Positions 50,795 through 63,112 of a DNA stretch of 64,000 nt are shown in pieces. The translations under genes and the position numbers were made by a program. The DNA lies in NCBI GenBank assembly GCA_030390025.1, contig CM059437.1, forward strand, positions 73,160,001 through 73,224,000, written 5' to 3'. A model generated the notes under the pieces. The model saw only the letters and a program-made list of their open reading frames with translations. It searched no databases and was not told the DNA's origin. Each line of letters begins with the position of its first letter. The stretch's first letter is position 1. The stretch is from Squalus acanthias (Eukaryota).

Positions 50795-51755
50795 GGAGTC
50801 GTGCAGTGGGTGGTCTTTCACCTCTGGGATCAGTGTTCAAATGTAACCAAGAATGATGAGATGGAAGTTCTCTCTGCCTACAAGGTCCTATGTGAAATGA
50901 GTTTGGACATTCACAGTCCTGTTCCTAGTGGGTTGGGCCTAAAATTGTCAATTTGTTGCTACGGCAACGTCACATAGACATGTCTAATGATAGTTGATGT
51001 GAGAAGTGTAAAAAGTGCAAACTTATGTATTCGAGACTAAGACCGCCTATTTCCACCTCCGTAACATCGCCCGACTCCACCCCTGCCTCAGCTTATCTGC
51101 TGCTGAAACCCTCATCTATGCCTTTGTTACCTCTAGACTTGACTATTCCAACGCACTGCTGGCCGGCCTGCCTCGTTCTACCCTCCGTAAACTTGAGCTC
51201 ATCCAAAACTCTGCTGCCCGTGTCCTGACTCGCACCAAGTCCCGTTCACCCATCAGCCCTCTGCTCGTTGACCTACATTTGCTTGCGGTTAAGCAATGCC
51301 TAGATTTTAAAATTCTCATCCTTGTTTTCAAATCCCTTCATGGCCTCGCCCCTTTCTATCTCTATAATCTCCTCCCGCCCTACAACCCTCCGAGATATCT
51401 GCGCTCCTCCAATTCTGGCCTCTTGAACATCCCCCATTTTAATCGCTCCACCATTGGCAGCCGTGCCTTCAGTTGCCTCGGCCCTATCCTCTGGAATTCC
51501 CTCCCTAAACCCCTCTCTTTCTCCTATCTGTCCTAATATCTCCTTATGTAGCTCGGTGTCAAATTTTGCTTGATAGCGCGCCTTGGGACGCTAAAGGCGT
51601 TATATAAATACATTTTGTTGTCGTAGAGCAGTTGTGGTTGAAGCACATTGTTAGGGTGGAGTGGAAGGAGCTTTGCTCTTGCAGCGGCCTGTGTTATATC
51701 TCATCTGGGATTGCTTGATGCTGACATTAAGTGCCAGAAATGGAAAGTGTTCCGT
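50795..51755 (+). mobile_element. LF-SINE-like element split by an L2 insertion
   Basis: Blocks ctttcacctct..gttcaaat, cctatgtgaaatgagtt, cagtcctgttcctagtgg and ggttgaagcacattg occur in the order I recall for the LF-SINE consensus. Confidence 0.65.
51033..51622 (+). mobile_element. L2 LINE 3' fragment
   Basis: ORF 51015..51536 KTAYFHLRNIARL...AFVTSRLDYSNALLAGLP...QNSAARVLT; tail aaaggcgttatataaata. Confidence 0.92.
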
Positions 51756-54700
51756 TCCCAACTGCAAACATCTTTCAATTAACCAAACACACAAAATTGA
51801 ACTGCATTTTCAGCATAGTTTTACAGTATTGTCAAGTCTCTGCAATAACCAAAAAAATTGATAGTATTGATGGAACTTCTTGGTTGAAAAAGAATGCTTC
51901 TAGTTTAGGAGTAAATACATTACTTTCGGAAAAATTAAATCTGTTTTTGCTTTTGACAGTTATGCTAATACTGTCAAAGATGTTTTTGGCAAATAGTGCT
52001 TATGTTAGTATATTCATATTTTAGAAATATTTAAAGAAATGTAACTCGAGGGGTAAATACTTTGAATGTTAAGTATTTGCTCCCATGTATTCCTGTTTGT
52101 CGTCTCAATATTCTAAGGCAAAACCCAGTTCTCTGTTGCAGGCTCTCTGTGGAGCCCTGTTCATAACTTGTACACTGGTGAGAAAGGAAAGTGGAGGGAC
52201 GGGAGGAGACTTGAGTTTATTTTAAAAGGACAGCTCACTATTGGTCTGAAATCAAGCACCAATGCTAGAAAATGGACAAACTCCAGGGGGATCCCCTTAT
52301 TTATACAACTGCAGCAAACTCTTTTGTCTTTCTCGCAAGCACAGCGATTTCTTTCTGGGATCTGCGAAAGAACCTTTAAGATTTTTTTCCTTGAATTTTT
52401 GAAGAATAGAAAAATTGCATGGGATTCATCTAGAGGTGAGGCAGTAGAACATTTAAGTAAAATATGACAATCCAACTCTTTATTTCATTGTTGCAGTAAT
52501 TTGTATCCAGTATCACCCCACTTTACTTTATAAATGCTTGTTTAGAAATAATTAGAGGATGCAACTAATTTATCCTGAATGTGAGAAAAATCCTCATTGC
52601 CCATTATCTTGATGAACAACACTGCTGGATAATGATGGTCTAGCATGTTGGTGTATGCCTTGTACTTTGCTTGGTCCCTATTATGTACCCTATTATGTAA
52701 CCTATCATTGCCACAAGTAAGTTTTACATAGTGTAGTATTTAATTTACTGAAAGAAACATTTTATTTGGGTAGTGATTTTAACCCATTGGAAAGCAGATG
52801 ATCTTTGTGATACATTGACAAGGAGAAGTTATGATGTGCAGAAAATACTGTGCAGATGTCTTAACTTCAGTGTGGTAATAGTATTTTGCCACAGCTGAAG
52901 ACATTGAATTAGTCAATAGAGGATATTCTTATGATGTATGCTGCCTCTGTTAAAGCCACACTGGTGAAGGCAGTTACTGCTACAACTGGGGTTTAATTCA
53001 AAGTCTTCCTGGTAGACATTGTGACGCCACAGTGAATAATTCTGTTGCCCTTTGATTGATGTCTATCCAGATGTGCAAAGATAAATGAAAATAAAATGTC
53101 AACATTGCTATTTTAAGCAAAATATCTTAATGGCAGAGCACAGTGACGCCACATGGTATAGTATAGAAGGGTGGGATGTTCATTCGTGACTGATTTTTTT
53201 TTTGTGCTCCACACGTTTTCATTTAATCACTTGTGCTATAATAGGGAGACCAGGTGCTACTCTAGTGGGAGGGGGAAAAGGAAAGCAAATGGGAGCGTCA
53301 TCCCAGACCACATTCACATCCAAAAGGTTGGCTATAGAGTGACCCTCAGCAGGGCTTTGGTGTAATCACTTTCCTGCTCTTTTAATGACAAAATAATGCA
53401 GTGCAACACACGGAGACTAAAAGAGGTAAAGGGAAAATAATGCATAAAGTATAATTAGAAAATGCCCTGCGTAATTCATGAATGAAGTCAATATCAACAG
53501 TGAAATATGAAGTGGTATTACACAATCCCTCCATATCTCATTCTTCATTTCTCATGAATTATGAAACCAAGTTGTTGTACTGAATTATTTTTTTCAAACT
53601 ATGATAGATACTGTGGTGTTTTTAGATCACAGACTGGTTTTGTAAATTCAAATTGAGTACTGAACATATACCATTATTTTATAATCATTTGCTAAATACT
53701 TTAGCACTATATAAGCTGAAATTTCATCAGAATTGGATATCAATTACTGTAGCTGACGCTTTTTAATTCTTCCCCCACGCGGCAGAAGCGGGGTGATTCA
53801 TGGTATGGTACTGTCCATCCGCCGTCTGTGGACAATTTCTGCTCATCAGAATAAGTTTAAAATACTTCACCAGATTTTAAACACGCTTCATCAGGTTTTA
53901 AGTACACTTCATGGGTGATAACTTCGCATCAAACACTGAGTTTCTTTCAACAATGGGCATGCTGGCACCTATATGTGCATGTGCGCGCACGTTTGTGTCC
54001 ATGAACACTGATGTAGCACCTCCGTTTTTACAATACAAAGCTTCATAAGTAGCCTTAATCATCAGACACAAAGTCTCTTCACAAATGGGCATGCCGGGAG
54101 ATGTGTGTGCATGTGTGTGTTCATACATCTATAAATTGTGTGACCTACTACTGACTCAGTATATTGGAGATGTTTCATTAGATTTTAACTAAGTTTGTTA
54201 ACTTATTATCAGGCATTGAGTTGCTTTCACAAATGTGCATGCTGGTTTTGTTCTTGTTTTGTAATCCTCCTGTGCTATTTAAAGTATCAAGCAGTGCTAG
54301 TGACCTGGGTAGTGTGCTTAAGGCAAGTTTATATATTCCCCAGTGAGTTTATTAATGCCTATTAATTGAAATTAAATGAAAGTTGTATTATTTTGATGTG
54401 TAAAAACATTTTTTGAAAATATATGTTCAACTACAGTTCTTCAATAATTAGTAATTTGAATGTTATTCCCGACATAGCTTAAAAGATGTGAAAAATATTG
54501 TCAATCTATTACAAATGCTAAATATTTGTAATCATTAAATTTCAAGCTTCGTTTTATCCTGTTCTGTACAAAATCTAATGACATTACTGCGTGTAGTATG
54601 TTACTGCAGTGTCGTCTGGTTTTAAATGTTCATGTCATTAAACTACATATTTCACTGTTTTTAAAAAAAAAAAAAACCTCCAGATTTACAATTTAGTTTT

Positions 54701-54805
54701 CTGATTCAGGTGAAATTTAGTTGTTAATGGCTTTACCAGCAGTTACAGCTGATGACTGGAATTGTTTCAGCTGATTTTTGTTGGTTAGGCTTTATTCTCT
54801 CAGAC

Positions 54806-56865
54806 AATAGCAAAATACTGCGGATGCTGGAAATCTGAAAGAATAACAGAAAATGCTGGAAACACTCAGCAGGCCAGGCAGCATCCGTGGAGAGAGAAAC
54901 AGAGTTAATGTTTCAGGTCTGTGACCCTTCGTCAGAACTGGTAAAAGTTAGGGATGTAACAGGTTTTAAGCAGGTGCAGAGGCAGGGAAAGGGGGGCAGA
55001 GGGGAGGAAGGAACTAAAGGGACGGTCTGTGCTAGGATTGAAGGCAGGAGAGATTAAATGTTACAAATGGGGATGGCAGAATTATCAACAGCTGCTGCCT
55101 AAAAAAATGGGGGGACTATAGTCTGAAATTGTTGAACTCAATGTTGAGTCCAGAAGGCTGTAAAGTGCCTAATAGTAAGATGAGGTGCTGTTCCTCGAGC
55201 TTACGTTGAGCTTCATTGGAACAGTGCAAGAGGCCAAGGACAGAGGTCAGAGTGGGAGTGGAGCGGAGAATTAAAGTGACAAGTGACTGGAAGCTCGGGG
55301 TCACCCTTACGGACTGAACGGAGGTGTTCCGCAAAGCGGTCATCCAATCTGCGTTTGATCTCCCCAATGTAGAGGAGACCGCATCGTGAGCAGCGAATAC
55401 CGTGTACTAAATTGCAAGAAGTACAAGTAAATCGCTGTTTCACCTAGAAGGGGTGTTTGGGGGCCCTGGACAGTGGGAAGGGAGGATGTAGAAGGGCAGG
55501 TGTTGCATCTCCTGAGCTTGCACGGGAAGGTGCCGTGGGGAGGGGAGGGGCTGTTGGGAAGGATTGAGGAGTGGACCAGGGTGTTGCGGAGGGAGTGGTC
55601 CCTTCGGAATGTTGAAAGGGGAGGGGAAGATGCGTTTAGTGGTGGGATCACGTTGGAGGTGGCGGAAATGGCGGAGGATGATCCGTTGAATGTGGATGCT
55701 GGTGGGGTGAAAGGTGAGAACAAGGGGAAGCCTATCGTGGTTCTGGGAGGGAGGGGAAGTGGTGAGAGCAGAAGTGCGGGAAATGGAACTGACACGGTCA
55801 AGGGCCATGCCAACCACGGTAGAGGGGAATCCTCGGTTGAGGAAAAAGGAAGATATGTCGGAAGCACTGGTATGGAAGGTGGCATCGTCAGAACAGATGC
55901 GACAGAGACACTGGGAGAATGGAATAGAATCCTTACAGGAAGCGGGGCGGGAGGAAGTGTAGTCCAGGTAGCTGTGGGGTATCAGTGGGCTTGTAGTGGA
56001 TATTTGTCGATAGCCGATTGCCAGAAATGGAGACGGGGAAGTCAAGGAAGGGAAGAGAAGAGTCGGAGATGGACCATGTGAAGGTGAGGGAAGGGTGGAA
56101 ATTGGAAGCAAAGTGAATGAAATTTTCTAGTTCAGGGCGAGAGCAGGAAATGGCACCAATACAGTCATCGATGTACCGGAAAAAGAGGTGAGGGAGAGGA
56201 CCTGAATAGGACTGGAACAAAGAATGCTCCACATATCCCACGAAAAGGCAAGCATAGCTAGGGCCCATGCGGGTTCCCATAGCAACACCTTTAATTTGGA
56301 GGAAGTGAGTGGAGTCAAAGGAGAAGTTGTTCACTGAGAACAAGTTCAGCCAGACGGAGGAGGGTGGTGGTGGATGGGGACAGGTTGGGCCTCTGTTCAA
56401 GGAAGAAGCAGAGCGCCCTCAGGCCGTCCTGGTGGGGGATGGAGGTGTAGAGGGATTGGACTTCCATAGTGAAAAGGAGATGGTTGGGGCCAGGAAACTG
56501 GAAACTGTTAAAGTGGTGGAGGGCATCGGAAGAGTTGCGGATGTAGGTGGGAAGAGACTGGACAAGGGGAGAAAAAATAGAGTCGAGATAGGAAGAAATC
56601 AGTTCCGTGGGGCAAGAACAGGCTGAAACGATGGGTCTACCAGGGCAGCCCTGTTTGTGGATCTTGAGAAGGAGGTAGAAGCGGGCTGTGCGGGATTTGG
56701 GGACTATGAGGTTGACAACCATGGAGGGAAGATCTCCAGAGGAGATGAGGTCAGTGACAGTCTTGGAAATGATTGCTTGATGTTTGGTGGTGGGGTCATA
56801 GTCCGGGGGGAGGTAGGAGGAGGTGTCAGAGAGTTGGCGTTCAGCCTCCGCACGGTAGAGGTCGG
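54806..56865 (-). mobile_element. Penelope-like retroelement, 5'-truncated and frameshifted (RT + GIY-YIG)
   Basis: KIHKQGCPGRPIVS, QIKGVAMGTRMGPSYA, FFRYIDDCIG (RT); NLVHGIRCSRCGLLYIGEIKRRLDDRFAEH (GIY-YIG); TSD ttattctc(t/a)cagac at 54792-54805 and 56866-56879. Confidence 0.93.
54903..54939 (-). ncRNA. Minimal type I hammerhead ribozyme motif in the Penelope terminal repeat
   Basis: Minus strand AGTT-CTGACGA-AGGGTC aca GACCT-GAAA-C-ATT-AACT. Confidence 0.75.
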
Positions 56866-57179
56866 TTATTCTCACAGACCCTGTTGCCTACATTAAATAG
56901 CAGCAATTTTTTTCTAAAACTATAGTATAGGTTTCTTCCCATGTTTATAATAAAGTCACTTTCTGTTGAATGAAATAAGATGTTGGTGTATTGCTGATAT
57001 TTAACCAGATTTGTTACTTTAAAGCTGTGAACGAATTAAATGTGTTTGAGAAACAAAGTTGTATTAGTACATGTATATTCTCTCTAAATGACTGCAGTAA
57101 GCACGGGGGTCTAGTGTTTAATTTATCTATTGCCACCAGTACACTCTCTTGTCGCCTTACAGTCATTCAAACTTAAATA

Positions 57180-57572
57180 TCAACAAAAACTTACATTTAT
57201 AGAATGCCTTTAATGTAGAAAAGTGCTTCACAGAGGCGTAATCCGAAATAAATGAACCAAAGAAGGAGATGTTAGAAGGGGTGACCAAAAGCTTGGTCGT
57301 GTGTGTGATACACAAGAGGTCAGAATCGGAGGAACAGAAGTTCAGGGGATAGAGAGGGGTGAGAACATGAAGGGATTTAAACACGAGAAGGAAAATTTTA
57401 AATTAAAGGCTCAGTAGGGTATGGGAGCTAATGTAAATCAGCAACGAGATGGTTGAGTGGGATAGGATACAGGCAACAGAGTTTTGGATGAGCTGAATCT
57501 AGAGGGTGTGAGGCCATCCATTGGAATAGTTGAGTCTGGAGATGACAAAGGCATTAATGAGGATTTCAGCAT
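57180..57572 (-). mobile_element. Decayed L2 3' fragment
   Basis: caacaaaaacttacatttatag tail; accaaaagcttggtc; gagttttggatgagctga. Confidence 0.75.
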
Positions 57573-59067
57573 TTGGTTAAACTTAGGCTATCCTTTTATA
57601 AATTTCCCAAAATTGGAATGAATGGAACTGAATGTTTTCCAGAATACTCTTATAACTGCCAAACCTTGATCTGCATATAATGGTATCACTGTTTAGAAAT
57701 AAATATTTAGGTGCTTTAAAACTAATTTTGCTGCTCGTGCATTAATTATGGTATTTAGATGTGACCTTAAGCAAAATTTTCTTTTGAGATACTGATTCTT
57801 TTTTAGTGATTGCCACGGCTGTAATCACGGGGCGCTACATTGACTTTCTAATCTAGGTGGCCAACAGAGAAAAAGGTTTGTGTAAGCCATATACCTGAAA
57901 CATATTGTACTTTCCCATTCCAGCTATAGGAAAGCTATGTGGGAACATTTTCTTAACATGCACTACATCTGATACAAAGCTCGTTTTTAACATGTTTCTT
58001 TTTCCAAGAAATGCCTAATATCCACATCTTTTGGGACGGGGTAGTTATTTGCTAACTATCTTTTGCAATTTATTGACTTGATTTGATAGATTTTTGCATA
58101 TTTTTTGAGGAAGATTTCTTCATGTACTATCTAATAGGCATTTTGTTTTTTCTTCCTATTTTGAAATACAAGCCTTTAAAAATGCGTCACAAATTTAAAA
58201 ACTAGTGAGTATAAACATCAAGGTGCCTTTTATTTTTGTTTTGCAATTTGAAAAATGATTGATCTGCAGCTGCAGTAAAATTGCATGATGCCTTTAATTT
58301 ATGATCACATTTTACACGTCTTAACATGAGCTACTTATTGACCTAGTTATACACTGATCACCAGTAGGATTTGTTTGACTACTGCAGATACACCTTGGTA
58401 GTTATTGAGGCAAAAATCATTATTTCCCCAGAATAGATGTGCTGTGTACCAGAGATATGCTTAGTAAGATATTTTGAACCTATTTACTTGAACATAATGC
58501 AGGGTAAATTCTTCTTCTCTGGCAGTGACGATTATCACAAATTGAGCGCTTTACTGATGATGTTATAAGTGGCATTGCTATAGTTCCCTTTATATGTTAT
58601 ATATGTGTGTGTGGCACTGCTATAGCTGCCTCTCTATCTATATATCACACACACAAGTGAGTCCCTGAAATAATTGGTCAGCGAGAACATTGTGACTGAA
58701 AACTTTCATTTATCATGGATCCCAGATCATTTGGCATTTTAACTATCTCATTACATTTAGAGATATAAACAATTATTAATCTCATTTATTTGTTGAGTGC
58801 TGTGACTGGTCTGTGAGAACAATGTGACTGAAAAATCTCATCTATGATAACTGTTGTATATTGGTCCCTGATAACCAGGTGACTATTTGGTAGCCGCTAC
58901 TCATCAGTCCCTGATCATTTGGCATTTAAACTACCTCTTTACTTTTAAGCATATACAGTGCTATTGTTGATGTCACTTTTTTAAGCAAATGCGATTGATC
59001 CTTTGGCCAAAGTACTTCGTGAATAATAGCACAGGAAACCAGCTTACTACAAAGGAAGCAAAAAGTT

Positions 59068-59420
59068 TTTTTTATTCTCGGGATGTGGGCGATGCTGGCA
59101 ATGTTGCATTTATTGCCCATTCCTAGTTGACCTGAGAAGGTGGTAGGCCTTCTCCTTGACGTGCTGCACTTTGTGGTGATAGAACTCTCAGAATAATGTT
59201 GATGGGGCAACTCTACTATGGTGGTACCATTTAATGTCAAGAGGAGAGGGCTGGAGTTCCTCTAGTTCAAGGTAGTCATTACCCAGCACTTATGTGGCTT
59301 GCTACTTGTCAGCCCAATCCTTGATGTTATCCAGGTCCTGCAGTAGGCTGGCATGGGCTGCTTCATTGTCGGGATTGTTGTGAATGGAGATAAACACTGT
59401 GGAATCATCAGCTTTCATGA
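59068..59420 (-). mobile_element. Decayed, internally deleted copy of the 63113-type LINE
   Basis: gcatttattgcccattcctagttg; ccatttaatgtcaag; tcagcccaatccttgatg. Confidence 0.7.
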
Positions 59421-59834
59421 ATACATCCAACCAGAGTTGGAAACCCTTCTACCTCCCTCCCGTCATTTAAACTCCTTCTCCAAACCCACCTCTGTGACTA
59501 AGCTTTTGGTCACCTCCCCTAATATCTTCTCATTTGGCTTAGCATTTTTTTTTCTCTCACCTCCTGAAGTGCTTCAGAACATTTCTCTACATTTACGACA
59601 TGATAGTGCAAGTTGATTTTACATGAATTCAAGTTTCACAGTAATGATTTGACACTTTTTTTTCCATTTTATTAAATCCTGAAACCTAATGATTCATACC
59701 ATTCCAGTACATCCTTTTTATCCCTTGCATTCATATTTTTTCCCATGTAAAAATGTATTGTCCTTTCATGAGGTTCTTCCTACCCTGTGCCAATGCCACA
59801 CACAATTCCCCAGCAACCTCCCAGTCTACTTTTG

Positions 59835-59997
59835 CTAGATACAAAAGGCATCTCTAGACACAAAAGGCATCAAGGGGTATGGGGAGAGAAGGGGAATATG
59901 GTATTGAGAGAGAGGATCAGCCATGATATTGAATGGCGGAGCAGGCTCGAATGGCCTACTCCTACTCCTATTTTTCTATGTTTTCTATGTTTCTATG
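59835..59997 (+). mobile_element. CR1 3' tail
   Basis: aaaaggcatcaaggggtatggggaga...gaatggcctactcct...(tttctatg)n. Confidence 0.85.
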
Positions 59998-60419
59998 CTC
60001 AGGTGCATGCTAGCAATCTGGGCAGACTGGCCTACTAGATATTTTTTTCTCTCCTTCTGTGGCACATCACCTCCACTTGATGCCTCCTCCTGACAGCCCA
60101 CACAATCTGGAGCTCCCCATATGGAGAATTATGAGGATAAACTTGCATTCCACCACAAGGTTTAATCAAACACCAGTCCCCAGATTATTGCATCCTAAGC
60201 AGTATCATCTTCCCACTGAAAAATACTAAATTGAAGAAACCAAAAAAGCAAACAGGATTTCAGTTTTATAATTAAACTGTTATTTTTTCAGTTCTTTCAA
60301 AACTAATAAAGTCTTTTGGGTTTCTTGTTAAAAATTACAACCTTTTTAATCAATTAAAAAAATTAACTGGATAATTTGTTTCAATTCAGCAGATGTAGAA
60401 TTTCATTTACTATTCATTG

Positions 60420-61215
60420 TTCTGATTTCCACCCATCCCTCACCTTCACATGGTCCATTCTATCTCCTCCCTGCCCTTTATGGACTTTCCTTTCTCAATT
60501 TCTGCCAGTGAGCTTTCCACATACACCTATTAACTCCTACAACTACCTTGATTATGCTTCTTTCCATCCCACCCATTAAAAGAACGACATCCTTTTCTCC
60601 GTTTCTCCCAGCTCTGTTGTATTTGCTTTGATGACTCTACTTTCCACACTAAAGCATCCAAAATATCATCTTTTTTCCTCCGCTGAGATTTAGGTTGGAG
60701 ACTCTTAGTCAGAGAACATTGCTGGCACAGGTTTGAGACCATGTGTGAACCTGCTTTCTTCTCTCCTTGCAATTAGTGAATCTGCCTGCGCTTTGTGTTT
60801 TAATTTCAGATCTGCTGCATATGCAGCTTGTTTTTTCTCTTTGTTTTTCCTTATTTTTTTCAGGTTTTGTTTGTGTGGAGCTCTTTTGTGTCTTTTTTAC
60901 CCCCCTGGTATTTGCGTGTTCCTTTGTCCTTTTTATATCTCTGCATCATCTCACTGATCCTTTATATCATCGAAGATTTCTATTGAGCACATTGCAGGCC
61001 ATTTAATCCATTAACTCCCTCACTGTGATTGGTGTATCTGCTGATTCTCTTCCCCTCCCCTGCCCCTATTTTCTCTTTTCTACCCTTATTGAAATGTTTG
61101 ATTTTTATCTTCAGTTCTGATAAAAGGGCACATACCTGAAACATCAGAACCTGTTTTTTTTTTTTACAGATACTGACAGACCTCCTGCATATTTTTATTT
61201 CTAATTTCAGATTTG
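60420..61215 (+). mobile_element. Older decayed Penelope-like copy with degenerate hammerhead at about 61113-61150
   Basis: DFHPSLTFTWS and YLDYASFHP remnants match the 54806-56865 element; agttCTGATAAaagggcacatacctGAAAcatc. Confidence 0.7.
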
Positions 61216-62180
61216 AGTTTTTCCTTTTAATGATGCTGTATCTTGTTCACTATCCCTCAGCATGAGAAATTTGACACTCCCCCTGCTGTTTTTTTTCTGT
61301 ACTGTTTTTTTTCAGCCTGTACCATTAACCATTGCTGAATATTTCCAGGTTTTCTGCCAGTGCTGTTCTCAGCTACCTGGTAGGTGGCCTGAGTTGACTA
61401 GTCCTCTCACTTTTCCATTTCCCCCTCCTCTCCACCCATCCTCTGCAAGAAACCATTTCTTCACTCCTCCCACCTCTTCAGGCAGCCCTGTCTGAGGCCA
61501 GGAACGTACCATGTGAGGAACTTTTTCAGAGCACATTATCCCTTACCATTCTGTGTCCTAGTGATTCAGTATATGAATCTACTTGTACCACTGGGAGAAA
61601 ATTGTATTTTTAAATGGTTTAGGTCACTAGCTAGCTCATTTTAAAATAGAGATTTTGTACATTAGGTCATTAAAATGGAAAGCAACTGTGAGCCAAATTA
61701 TTCAAGCAATTCTGCTTTTCAAAAATATTCTCTATTGTAATGTAGATGTGGGGCATAATAAATATGCACGTTTTACATGTAGTGAACACAGTCAGTGAAA
61801 TTGATGCCAGTAAGCTTTGTAGCTAATATACTCGGCTTTAGCTGCAGCTGTGTAATAGATGGATCTGTTTGTTAGCAGCAATGAATGTGTGAAAGCTTAC
61901 AAAATAATTCTAAAAATATTTCTGCTCCTGTTATTGTTTAAGAACTCGTGATAGCTCCCTGGGCACACAAGTTTTGCAGCTCTGAAGCCCCTGGTTTATT
62001 TTTGAAGTGCGAGGTTTATATCTGTAGCCATAAAAGATTATTTTGCACGTTTCACATCAGATTAGCATACGTGACCTAGAAACATTTTAAAGATATGATG
62101 CTGATCCTCTCCCACTGCTTCTTCACTTGACTCTCATCAGTGGTTACTATAGTAACCATGCACTCACTTTGCCTTTGCAG

Positions 62181-62301
62181 AGAGGAGCTGAAGCTGGCAG
62201 CAGCCCAGAAGTCCCAGCAGCTGGCAGCACTACATGAGGAAAACGGCAAACTTGCAAGCGAGCTGGGCAGAAGCAAGGACGAAGTCACCAGCCATCAGAA
62301 G
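62181..62301 (+). CDS. CLIP1: CLIP1 exon (121 nt, phase 2-0)
   Basis: ttgcag|AGAGGAG...CAGAAG|gtatgt; [40 protein letters not shown]. Confidence 0.97.
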
Positions 62302-63112
62302 GTATGTGCTGAGGAAAGGTGCTTGGATTTTCAGCACCACAACAATTCAGTGCTGGTGCTTTTAGCATTTCAAAATGTGTAACACCAGTACTTGTTTGTT
62401 TCATAATTGGAATAATCTAACATGTATTTTTTTTAAACTTTGATTGATTTATTTATCCAGTATTCTATCTTGTTCAGTATATTTTTCGACCACAAACCAC
62501 ATTTAATATATAATCAAGGGCAACATTTTTGCTAATTATATATCGGGTCAGTTTAGATACGTAGATGGCTGATCTAGTCAAAAATCTTTAGCATTTTTTT
62601 TCTTTTGGTCACCTAAAGCTTTGGAATTAGGTTATCCATAACCACAATCCTAGCACAGCACGTTACCCCTAGCAACAAACATGCAAAAGGCTCTATTTAC
62701 ATAATTGAATTCAGTTTTTGTTTTGGTGTCTATTAGGAATCTGTTTACTAACTAACTTCCTGTGTTAGTAGTATCTCCATTAACGACTTAAATCTGCTTG
62801 TCATTTTCCTAAATTTTTCCCCCTAAATTAGCAGGCAGAATTTTCTCTGCTGGATACCTGGTACATCTTGCTTGCATCTACTTACGGAAGTATGATTGGC
62901 TGTATGTAGGCACCTGGCAGCAATAACCTGCAGTCAACACTGACTTCCATTTTCAGAATTCAGCAAAAAAAGTTCCACATGGTGAAAATAACACTTTTTT
63001 CAATGATTTGTGAAACTTAATTTTTGGTATAAACTAATGGAATAAAGTAATTTGTGTTTGCACACTATAGAAAATAGGTATTTAGGCAAAAAAATAAGAG
63101 TTACAGCTCCTC

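Larger units (their letters stand above)
3425..62301 (+). other. CLIP1: CLIP1 (CLIP-170) gene body, partial; extends beyond both window ends
   Basis: 16 exons splice in frame with GT-AG ends into a protein collinear with vertebrate CLIP-170 (CAP-Gly2, Ser-rich region, long coiled coil). VATVSEKSRIM and AAAQKSQQL...EVTSHQK match CLIP1 rather than CLIP2. Confidence 0.97.

Noticed and set aside
55116-56875. RT plus nuclease ORFs as a novel RT-based system
   Set aside because: Standard Penelope RT + GIY-YIG architecture, frameshifted, truncated and flanked by a TSD
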